From Bdellovibrionales bacterium (GTDB taxonomy: Bacteria > Bdellovibrionota > Bdellovibrionia > Bdellovibrionales > UBA840), in the NCBI GenBank assembly GCA_037969075.1, contig JBBKWS010000079.1:1-23769 (forward strand): 23,769 nt of DNA. Reading direction: 5' to 3'. Each line of letters opens with the position of its first letter. Position 1 is the stretch's first letter. Below are positions 1 through 7,923 of this stretch, in pieces. The position numbers and the translations under genes were made by a program. Under the pieces are notes generated by a model. It saw only the letters and a program-made list of their open reading frames with translations. It ran no database searches and had not been told where the DNA came from.

Positions 1-71
1 ATGCCAATGACACAAAACCATGTACTTATGTTTAATAGAGCAAATAGATCCGCTACGCTTAAAAAGCCCAT
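1..71 (-). CDS. 5' end of a CDS running off the window; hydrophobic N-terminus, possible membrane protein
   Basis: Manual translation from ATG at 71 gives MGFLSVADLFALLNISTWFCVIG..., open to the window edge. Purine-rich GGAAGAG lies 6 nt upstream. Confidence 0.5.
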   Translation of the reverse strand, partial: MGFLSVADLFALLNISTWFCVIG

Positions 72-161
72 CTATTGCTCTTCCAATAGCTGTCAATATG
101 AAGATGTGGTTTTTAGATGTAGCACTTGGAGAGAGTAAGCCATCCACTCATTCTTAACTAC

Positions 162-190
162 AAAAGCCACATATCTTGTGGCTTTTTTTT
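162..190. terminator. Intrinsic terminator hairpin, potentially bidirectional
   Basis: Perfect 10-bp stem AAAAGCCACA-tatct-TGTGGCTTTT with T-runs on both strands, immediately after the stop of 189..401(-). Confidence 0.8.
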
Positions 191-401
191 ATTTTTGAAT
201 CATCTGTTTAATTTTAAGAGCTTTTTCAAAATGGTCCAATTTATGTGTTTTTATCCACCACGTAGCCACTTCCATTAAAGACTTGGGATCATCATTTTTA
301 TTAGCAAAAAAAGCATAAAAAGAAAGGCCTACACTAGATCCTTTTTTTGCGATCTTTTCGTTGCAGACTTCAATGATTTTATCTTTCATTTTCTGATTCA
401 T
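189..401 (-). CDS. Small conserved hypothetical protein (resembles DUF6500 family, from memory)
   Basis: 70 aa with AGGA SD upstream. Motifs KIAKKG..VGLSFYAFFANKNDDP and WWIKTHKLDHFEKA are recognised from a small conserved family. It lies 43 bp downstream of sulP on the same strand. Confidence 0.75.
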   Translation of the reverse strand: MNQKMKDKIIEVCNEKIAKKGSSVGLSFYAFFANKNDDPKSLMEVATWWIKTHKLDHFEKALKIKQMIQK

Positions 402-444
402 GATTAATTCCTAGATATCACCGTCTGACCGCTCATTAATTACA

Positions 445-1977
445 TCAAGCCAAGTCATCCGACACAACACCGTAGTGAGGATCTTCATAAATATTTACTT
501 CTACCATTGATCCAGCATTATCTAAAAGTCTAATACAGTCAGGGCTTAAGTGTTTCAATCGTATCTTTTTATTTAACCTGGTATAACGATCTGTTAACTT
601 TTGTACAGCTTCAATACCGCTATGATCTACGATTCTAGATTCTTTAAAATCCACGATAACTTCGTCACTATCATTTTGTGGATCAAATTTTTCTTGAAAA
701 GTGGCAGTAGAAGCAAAAAACAGAGGACCCCAGATTTCGTAGTGTTTAACCCCGTTATCATCTATGTATTTACGAGCACGAATTCTAACTGCACTCTGCC
801 AAGCAAACACCAATGAATTTGCAATCACCCCAATGATAACCGCTGAGGCTAGATCAAAGATCACCGTTAAGACAGTCACTAAGATTAAAACTATGGCGTC
901 AGATTTAGGGATTTTGTGTAGAATACGAAAACTTGTCCACTCAAAAGTGCCTACGCAAACCATAAACATTACTCCCACAAGGGCAGCTAAGGGAATTTTT
1001 TCAATCAAGTCCGAGCCAAATAGAATAAATGATATTAATGCTATAGCTGCAACGAACCCCGATATTCTTGTTCTTGCTCCCGAGGTCACATTGATAATGC
1101 TTTGCCCGATCATCGCACAACCACCCATACCACCAAAAAACCCAGTCACAATATTTGCGGCCCCTTGTGCTACGCACTCTTTATTTCCTCTTCCTCTAGT
1201 CTCTGTCATCTCATCGATAATGGTAAGAGTAAGAAGAGATTCGATCAGACCCACTCCAGCAAGTATCAATGAGTAGGGAAAAATAATTTTAAAAGTTTCC
1301 CAACTAAATGGGACATCAGGAAGATGAAATAATGGAAAGCCACCCTTGATTGATGCAAGGTCACCCACCGATTTTGTCGGGAGACCAAAGAATATTACTA
1401 TGGCAGAAATAACCACAATAGCCAAAAGTGAGGATGGGATAGCCTTTGTAAATTTAGGAACCAAATAAATGATAGCCATGGTTACAGCCACCAAGCCTAG
1501 CATCAAAAATAAAGCCGAGCCCGCGATCCATTCAGACTCCCCGCCACTAACCGGGATCTTGAATTGCTCAAACTGAGCCAAGAAGATAACGATAGCAAGG
1601 CCGTTCACAAAGCCAAAAATCACTGGCTCAGGCACTAATCTAATAAATTTACCCAATCTAAACCATCCAAGAACAACTTGAATCAAACCCATTAACACAA
1701 CAGCAGCGAAGAGATATTCTACTCCGTGGGCTTTTACTAAACTTACCATCACAACAGCTAAAGCGCCGGTCGCACCAGAAATCATCCCAGGTCTTCCACC
1801 AAAAATGGAAGTAATTAAACACACCATAAAAGCTGCATACAACCCAACAAGTGGGCCGACCCCTGCTACAAATGCAAAAGCTACAGCCTCAGGAACCAAT
1901 GCAATGGCAACCGTAAGGCCAGATAGCACTTCAAGCTTTAAATTGTACTTTCCAAAGTATTTGGTAAAAATCGGCAT
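445..1977 (-). CDS. SulP/SLC26 family inorganic anion transporter with C-terminal STAS domain
   Basis: Motifs SGLTVAIALVPEAVAFA, GLYAAF, GGRPGMISGATGA, QGAANIVTGFFGGMGGCAMIGQS; STAS signature GPLFFAS...VDFKESRIVDHSG. Confidence 0.93.
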   Translation of the reverse strand: MPIFTKYFGKYNLKLEVLSGLTVAIALVPEAVAFAFVAGVGPLVGLYAAFMVCLITSIFGGRPGMISGATGALAVVMVSLVKAHGVEYLFAAVVLMGLIQVVLGWFRLGKFIRLVPEPVIFGFVNGLAIVIFLAQFEQFKIPVSGGESEWIAGSALFLMLGLVAVTMAIIYLVPKFTKAIPSSLLAIVVISAIVIFFGLPTKSVGDLASIKGGFPLFHLPDVPFSWETFKIIFPYSLILAGVGLIESLLTLTIIDEMTETRGRGNKECVAQGAANIVTGFFGGMGGCAMIGQSIINVTSGARTRISGFVAAIALISFILFGSDLIEKIPLAALVGVMFMVCVGTFEWTSFRILHKIPKSDAIVLILVTVLTVIFDLASAVIIGVIANSLVFAWQSAVRIRARKYIDDNGVKHYEIWGPLFFASTATFQEKFDPQNDSDEVIVDFKESRIVDHSGIEAVQKLTDRYTRLNKKIRLKHLSPDCIRLLDNAGSMVEVNIYEDPHYGVVSDDLA

Positions 1978-2158
1978 GTTTTTGTCCTAGTAATAATAAT
2001 TGTGATTGTACGGATAGGCACAAGTAGCATCATCCATTGAGGGAGGCAATTTGATATTAAACTAGGAAAACCTTATCTTAGAGATACATAGCGCCAAAAA
2101 AAATAGCAAGAATCATTCATTTTCTCGCCATTGCAGTATGATTATGTCACAATAGTCC

Positions 2159-3322
2159 ATGGCTGATGAGATTAAGTATTTTATATTAATTATTTGCGTA
2201 TTATTAGTTCCTAAGTTTTTACTTAGATTTCGTATCCCGGCTGGCATTACGGCGATGGCCCTAGGGGTTTTGACCGCTCATTTTTTGGGTTGGTTTGGCA
2301 CAAGTCCGACCCTAGAAGTTCTTGCCACTCTTGGTGTTACTTCTTTGTTTTTATTTGCTGGCCTTGAAATTGATCTTTACGAACTAAGAAAAGATGCGCC
2401 AACACTGCTAAAACATATTCTCATATCTCTTATTATTATATTTATAAGCGCTTATTGTCTTCACTGGGCGCTAGATATAAACTTCAGGATTGCAACTATT
2501 CTATCGCTCGGTCTAAACACCCCTTCAACTGGTTTTATTTTAAATTCAATCAGTGGATTCGATTTAACACAAGAGCAAAAGTACTGGATTAGATCAAAAG
2601 CTATTGCTAAAGAGGTTTTAGCTCTGATGATTTTATTCTTCGCCTTGCAATCAGAATCTATGGGACAATTAAGTATTTCGTTAGGTGTAATCATTGTAAT
2701 GATTCTTGTCTTGCCTTTAGCTTTTCAGTTTTTTATTAAAAAAATTGCGCCTTATGCACCTGATTCAGAGGTCACATTCATGATCCTAATGGCCTTTATT
2801 TGCGGAGTCGTAACAATGAAGCTTGGCGCTTACTACCTTATTGGGGCATTTATTGCAGGCGTTATTGCGGCTCAATTTAGGCACTTTATTAAAACAAATG
2901 ACTCTGAAAAAATGCTATACTCGATCAGCTTCTTCGCAAGCCTATTGATTCCATTTTATTTCTTTAAGGCTGGCGTTAAAATTGATTTATCTACCGTAAG
3001 TATCAACAGCCTGTTGTACGGTGTTGGGTTTTTAGTAATATTTGTTCCTATTCGTTATCTGAATGTATTTGTTTCAGTTCGATTTTTCTTAAAAGATTAT
3101 TGGGACAGTCGATATAAAATATCATTATCACTGATGCCCACTCTGATTTTTGGATTGGTTATCGCAGCTATCTTGAGAAATCAATTTAGTGTAAATATTG
3201 ATATAATAAATGGATTAGTTATTTATACCATCGTAGCAAGTATTATCCCGTCGATCTTTTTAAAGGGCGCGCCTAGGGAACTATATGACCCTAGGTTTTT
3301 AGAAAAGCGTACAAAAGATTAA
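2159..3322 (+). CDS. Cation:proton antiporter (CPA2 / Na+(K+)/H+ exchanger family), no C-terminal KTN domain
   Basis: About 12 hydrophobic segments. Motifs LATLGVTSLFLFAGLEID, LIGAFIAG and PFYFFKAG are typical of the Na_H_Exchanger family. Confidence 0.85.
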   Translation: MADEIKYFILIICVLLVPKFLLRFRIPAGITAMALGVLTAHFLGWFGTSPTLEVLATLGVTSLFLFAGLEIDLYELRKDAPTLLKHILISLIIIFISAYCLHWALDINFRIATILSLGLNTPSTGFILNSISGFDLTQEQKYWIRSKAIAKEVLALMILFFALQSESMGQLSISLGVIIVMILVLPLAFQFFIKKIAPYAPDSEVTFMILMAFICGVVTMKLGAYYLIGAFIAGVIAAQFRHFIKTNDSEKMLYSISFFASLLIPFYFFKAGVKIDLSTVSINSLLYGVGFLVIFVPIRYLNVFVSVRFFLKDYWDSRYKISLSLMPTLIFGLVIAAILRNQFSVNIDIINGLVIYTIVASIIPSIFLKGAPRELYDPRFLEKRTKD

Positions 3323-3324
3323 AT

Positions 3325-5142
3325 CTACTGTTCCCAAACTTCGATAGTCGACACTGGTGAGTCTGCCTCGTTCTCATACGAGTGACCACCTAAAACCCAA
3401 AGCCTATCATTGATATCTAATACCATTGAAAAACCTTTTGTTTCATTCATGTATCGCCCTAAGTGAAACCAAGACTCGCCCTCTAAAGCATAAATATGAT
3501 TTACATATTCGTAATTATATTCACCTAATTTAAACATTCCGCCGAACACGTGCATTTTACCATTAAGAATACCCGCAGCCGGAGCAAATGTCGCAAATGG
3601 AAGTGGGGTTAATTCTTTAAAACTTAAGGTAGACGGATCAAACTCTGTGACACTATTTAATAGATCAAAGTGCGATGCTCCAACACCAATCCCGCCAATT
3701 AATAAAATCTTATCGTCACTCACAATACCAGTAAAAGCACGACGGTAAGGGGTTGGCATAGGAATGATTTGGTCTATCATTTTTTCTGTTTTGCAATCAA
3801 AGACCTCTATAGTCGAATGGAACTTACCATCATAGTCATTTTCAAATTTAGGCGTACTATCCCAACCGCCGATGATGTAGATCTTTGATCCTACTTTTGC
3901 CACCACATTAGATGACCTTGGCTCGCGTAAATTTCCTACTTGAGTCCAGGTATCTGTTTGCGGATTGTAGCGATCAATTCTTGATGAGCTCTTCCAGCCG
4001 GGTTTATGCTCGGCAGAAAACATAAAGCCGCCAAACGCATATAGATTATCATTACAAGTCTCAACATCATAACCATGGGCTTTAATTGGGCGAGGCTTCC
4101 CTTCAGACCAAGTCTTCGTTGTAATGTTATATATATCTAGTCGATCTAAAAAGCTAACTTCAGGATATGTGTGCTCTTGTCCTTGGTGACCACCAAACAA
4201 ATAAATCTTATCGTCGATGTTGGCTGCGCCAAACGATGAACGTGCTGGCATAGGGATTACTGATGGAAGACTGCGCTTGTAAGATAAATCTCCACTAATA
4301 CTTGGTGCATACAAATCTCCATCCATTCGAGCAACAACAACTGCCTCAGAATATGTACCGGTAACCACATTGCGGTTCAATTTATAAAGCTCAAATTTAT
4401 CTGACTCGTTAGAGGCAAAAACAATATTGTTATGACGGTCAAATGTAGGGGCAAAGCTTTCAAAGCTAGTAAAAGTAATTTGCTCTATTTTTTTATTAGA
4501 CAGATCAACTTTATAAATATTCCACTGATTGTCTTTAAAACAAGTCATTAGCATTTGTGAATCATCAAAATTTAAATTTGGAGCCATACACTTGTCAAAA
4601 CCCGTCGACAGAAGGGTGCTGACTTGCGGATCAAATGTTTCCATCCAAACTTGCTTTTTATCCTTAGTAAGAGTTTTTTGGTACACCACAAAACTTCCAT
4701 AACTAGAAAGTTTAGGGAAATACAATGACTCATCCGCAGTAATTTCTTTTACCGCGCCTGTGTCTCTATCTAAAATTTGAATTTGATTTTTATTATTTAT
4801 AAACTCTGAATAAGCCAAAAACTTTTTATTAGCAGACAAGTGCGGATGCAAAACAAAGCCCGTCGTTTTTGTAATCTGTGTTTGCTTGCCTGTTTCTAGG
4901 TCTTTTAAATACACATTTAATTCGCGCTCGTTACGACCTGCAACAAATACTAACTCACTAGCATCTCTTGCTAAAAATGGGTAAATGGCAAAGTCAAAAG
5001 CAACATCGACCTTAGAAGTGGAGCGGCTATCTTGAATCCATAGGCTTTTTTCGTGGTTGGCGCTTTCATACATAAAGGCCATTTTTTCATTAGCAGCAGC
5101 AAAACAAGAAAAGCATACAAGGCTTAGTATTATTAACTTCAT
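3325..5142 (-). CDS. Exported protein: TolB/PD40-like beta-propeller fused to a Kelch-repeat beta-propeller
   Basis: Start moved from TTG 5196 to ATG 5142, which has a GGGAGA SD and yields signal peptide MKLIILSLVCFSCFAAA. The N-half has PxLS/PxF(D) repeats (HPHLSAN, FPKLSSY, APNLNFD, APTFDRH). The C-half has six Kelch GG motifs (IYLFGG, LYAFGG, IYIIGG, ILLIGG, MHVFGG, LWVLGG). Confidence 0.85.
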   Translation of the reverse strand: MKLIILSLVCFSCFAAANEKMAFMYESANHEKSLWIQDSRSTSKVDVAFDFAIYPFLARDASELVFVAGRNERELNVYLKDLETGKQTQITKTTGFVLHPHLSANKKFLAYSEFINNKNQIQILDRDTGAVKEITADESLYFPKLSSYGSFVVYQKTLTKDKKQVWMETFDPQVSTLLSTGFDKCMAPNLNFDDSQMLMTCFKDNQWNIYKVDLSNKKIEQITFTSFESFAPTFDRHNNIVFASNESDKFELYKLNRNVVTGTYSEAVVVARMDGDLYAPSISGDLSYKRSLPSVIPMPARSSFGAANIDDKIYLFGGHQGQEHTYPEVSFLDRLDIYNITTKTWSEGKPRPIKAHGYDVETCNDNLYAFGGFMFSAEHKPGWKSSSRIDRYNPQTDTWTQVGNLREPRSSNVVAKVGSKIYIIGGWDSTPKFENDYDGKFHSTIEVFDCKTEKMIDQIIPMPTPYRRAFTGIVSDDKILLIGGIGVGASHFDLLNSVTEFDPSTLSFKELTPLPFATFAPAAGILNGKMHVFGGMFKLGEYNYEYVNHIYALEGESWFHLGRYMNETKGFSMVLDINDRLWVLGGHSYENEADSPVSTIEVWEQ

Positions 5143-5149
5143 GATTATC

Positions 5150-5179
5150 TCCCGTGAATGTGTCTCATCATTCCCGGGA
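5150..5179 (-). promoter_or_regulatory. 5'-UTR hairpin covering the Shine-Dalgarno of the TolB/Kelch gene
   Basis: mRNA UCCCG-G-GAAUG-[AUGAGACA]-CAUUC-A-CGGGA-GAUAAUC-AUG; the 3' arm contains most of the GGGAG SD. Confidence 0.45.
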
Positions 5180-5265
5180 TTGTGGTTTGCAGTCAAAAGT
5201 TTTTTCGCATTGAAAACTAAACGAGTTTTTTGTGCGGTGTGTGAGTCGCTATATGGCTTTATAGG

Positions 5266-6147
5266 CTACAAGGACTGGATCAAATAATCTAATCCACCCT
5301 GAACCGCAGCAACCTGTGCATCTACACAAATCGCATCTGTCACCTTAGGGCTATCAGGATAGACCTCAGTGGTTGTTGTGTATTTGGCATTAGAAAACCC
5401 GGCGCAGAGAGAAAGCTTTTTAATTGGATAATTGATCACACCCTCTCCTGTGATTTTTTCACCAATAATTCTACCGCCCTCATCGTGAGGTGCGATGTGT
5501 GTTACTTTTCTTACAGAATCAATGACTGCCTTTTGAAAATTTTCTTGTGGGTTCTCGGTGTCTCCTACTACATAAAAACCATCAGGAATTTCCCACAGCT
5601 CTTGCTTAACTCCATCTCTAGCTTCTAGATCAGGCCTGAACACAGTGTTGTCAGTGTCAGTAGTTTCATGTAGATCGAAGTGAGCAAATGGTTCGATCTT
5701 ATCAGAAGACATGGCCTCTAAAAAAAGTTTACATTCTTCTGCTGGGCTATATTTAAAAAATGAGCGATTGGGATCGATAGCATCTTTGTTCCAACGGTTA
5801 ATGGTTTCATAGGCCCACGGACTAATACACGGGGCGATTACAAAATTGAATTTTTCTTGGTACTTACCAACCAATCTTTCGGCACAACCTAGCGCGCCAT
5901 GCACTCCGCTTGTTTCGTAACCATGAACGCCACCAGTAATTAAAATTGTCTTTTTAGATATATCGAAGTTTTTTGATTTCAATAAATACAAAGGGTACAT
6001 GTCAGGATTTAAGGACAAGGAGCCGTAAGAAGAGATATCGACATTAGTTTTAAGCATCTGAATTTTAGTAACCACTTCATTTAAATACGAGCGTTTAATA
6101 CTTTGTTTTTTAAACCATGTTTCTTTATCAGCTTTATTCCATGTCAT
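5266..6147 (-). CDS. M14 family zinc metallocarboxypeptidase (AstE/AspA-like superfamily)
   Basis: Zn-ligand motifs GGVHGYE and DLHE, NR motif (INRW, DPNRSF), catalytic-type Glu in TTEVYP. ATG 6147 has AGAGG SD 8 nt upstream. Confidence 0.85.
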   Translation of the reverse strand: MTWNKADKETWFKKQSIKRSYLNEVVTKIQMLKTNVDISSYGSLSLNPDMYPLYLLKSKNFDISKKTILITGGVHGYETSGVHGALGCAERLVGKYQEKFNFVIAPCISPWAYETINRWNKDAIDPNRSFFKYSPAEECKLFLEAMSSDKIEPFAHFDLHETTDTDNTVFRPDLEARDGVKQELWEIPDGFYVVGDTENPQENFQKAVIDSVRKVTHIAPHDEGGRIIGEKITGEGVINYPIKKLSLCAGFSNAKYTTTTEVYPDSPKVTDAICVDAQVAAVQGGLDYLIQSL

Positions 6148-6175
6148 AATCAATGCCTCTCTATGTTAGATCAAT

Positions 6176-7009
6176 TTATTTTAAAGTGGGCTCCCACTTA
6201 TCTGGGTCTTTTGGCGCTTTTGCTTGCAAGCTAAACTGCTTACGATTTTTAGACATTACACCCGCTGGACTTGGGGTAGCTAATTCAATTCCACCATTCA
6301 TAAGTGTGTCCAATGAGTTTACTTTTATGTTAGAGCCAAACAAACCTAAGTCAGCTTGAATTCCACTTTTTCTCCAAAAAACCGTATTGTCCCTAATTAA
6401 ATAGGCGTAACCATTGTCGACATTAATTTGTACAACAACTTGCTTTGCTCCTTCAGAGAAACCAAGTTTAGTGACAGCACCAATTTTTATTCCTCGGTAG
6501 GTAACTGGGTCACCCTTACTTACCGACTCGGCATTTTCGGTGATTAGTATATAAGTGCTTGTTTTATCTAGAATGTCTGTGGAACTAGAATTCAAAGCTT
6601 CAAAAATATTTTGTGGCGGGGCCTTTTCATTACCCGGCAGTGCCTCTAAATAAGTACCATCAATAAGCGTATCTAACCCAGAGACTCCTTGAAAGCCAAT
6701 TTCTGGAGTGACTAGCGAGTACTTAGCTCCTTTACGAGCAAAATTACTTGCAGATTTATCTAACTGCAGTCTTACCACCACATGCTGTTGATTACTTGAT
6801 AATGATATTCTTTTTACGACCCCGATAGTTACTCCTCGAAAAAACACTCTTGTGCTTTCTACTTTAATACCTTTAGCTGACTCAAAAAGTATTTCTATTA
6901 CTGGGCCATGACTTCGATAATAGTTGATCAACATACCTGTCGTAATTAGAAACGCAAGCAGCGGAAAGATCAATATATACCAATTTTTCTTGAGACTATA
7001 ATTTGACAT
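6176..7009 (-). CDS. pqiB: PqiB/LetB-like MCE (MlaD) domain protein with two MCE domains
   Basis: N-terminal TM helix (WYILIFPLLAFLITTGMLI); MCE repeats FRGVTIGVV and YRGIKIGAV; GVSGLDTLIDG and FWRKSG motifs. ATG 7009 overlaps the 3' end of pqiA. Confidence 0.85.
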   Translation of the reverse strand: MSNYSLKKNWYILIFPLLAFLITTGMLINYYRSHGPVIEILFESAKGIKVESTRVFFRGVTIGVVKRISLSSNQQHVVVRLQLDKSASNFARKGAKYSLVTPEIGFQGVSGLDTLIDGTYLEALPGNEKAPPQNIFEALNSSSTDILDKTSTYILITENAESVSKGDPVTYRGIKIGAVTKLGFSEGAKQVVVQINVDNGYAYLIRDNTVFWRKSGIQADLGLFGSNIKVNSLDTLMNGGIELATPSPAGVMSKNRKQFSLQAKAPKDPDKWEPTLK

Positions 7010-7595
7010 TTTGTTTACCCTTTTCTTCCCATATAATTTTTGGATCAAAATAGGAAGACGCAAGCATTGTGAATATTACGACAAGCACAAAAAAAGCAGA
7101 ACCAAGTTCTGGTATAACCGTGCCCCACTTACCAAACTTAACTGCCCCTACAAGTACAGCTAATAAAAATATATCTAGCATTGACCAGCGACCAATAGCT
7201 TCAACGAATCTATAGAGCGCCGTTTTAAACCTTGGGTGCGGGCTATTGCTACCGCTCAAACTTAAATAAAATAAAATGAGTAATTTAAGTAAGGGCAGAA
7301 GAATGCTCGCCAAAAAAACAACTAGAGCCACAAGATAAGAGCCTGATTCATACAACGAAATAATACCAGAATAAATTGTTGAGCTACTAACATTCCCATA
7401 CATTTCAAAGGTCATAAATGAAAGCAGATTTGCAGGAATGTAAAAGATCAATGCTGTTAAAGAAAATGCAAGGCAAAGATCTGCTGATTTATGCGCTAGC
7501 GCTGGATTCTTGTGACCACACTGTGGACAACGAAGGTCCTCAGCACAGCTAAGCATAAAAGCGCAGGTAGAGCATGGAACGCGGTTTTCATTCAT
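6996..7595 (-). CDS. pqiA: Paraquat-inducible protein A (single PqiA domain with CxxC..CxxC zinc ribbon)
   Basis: CSTC...CPQC, YIPANLL, FLASILLP and GRWSMLDIF signatures; 199 aa. Confidence 0.92.
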   Translation of the reverse strand: MNENRVPCSTCAFMLSCAEDLRCPQCGHKNPALAHKSADLCLAFSLTALIFYIPANLLSFMTFEMYGNVSSSTIYSGIISLYESGSYLVALVVFLASILLPLLKLLILFYLSLSGSNSPHPRFKTALYRFVEAIGRWSMLDIFLLAVLVGAVKFGKWGTVIPELGSAFFVLVVIFTMLASSYFDPKIIWEEKGKQNVKL

Positions 7596-7923
7596 AATTA
7601 AATAGTATTAGCTTAAAGCACAAGACACTACAATCTGTTGATTAAGATATCTTTAGTATATAGATATATTGCGTCCAAAGCGTATATATCTGCTAAAGAA
7701 TGTGTACATTATAAAAAACTCTCATTTAGAGCTTCTGGCTTTGCCCTTTTAGCTTTATTTACTTCGCTAGCAGCAGTTAAGTTTGGCTACCTAGTTCCTG
7801 ATACTTGGAGTGAATTTATGGGCGAAGACTGCGCCGGTCACATTGAAGTAGTGACTAGGCTACTTAAAGCTCTATCGGCTATTGAGGACTTAACTGATTA
7901 AGATAATACTAAATAGCCAGGCA

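Noticed and set aside
601..1990. Antisense ORFs (601-816, 764-1276, 1805-1990) and similar short ORFs across the window
   Set aside because: They lie opposite or inside well-supported genes and read as shadow frames of hydrophobic or biased coding sequence.
5143..5196. Longer TTG start for the TolB/Kelch gene
   Set aside because: It would put 18 polar residues ahead of the signal peptide; ATG 5142 has a proper SD.
5266..6147. Assigning the M14 peptidase as astE or an ArgE substitute linked to the arg cluster
   Set aside because: Only superfamily motifs are visible, it follows pqiAB, and ArgJ already provides deacetylation.
7638..7901. 87-aa + strand ORF with one hydrophobic stretch in the pqiA-decarboxylase gap
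   Set aside because: TTG start without SD and no recognisable motif. It could be a small protein but cannot be supported from sequence alone.
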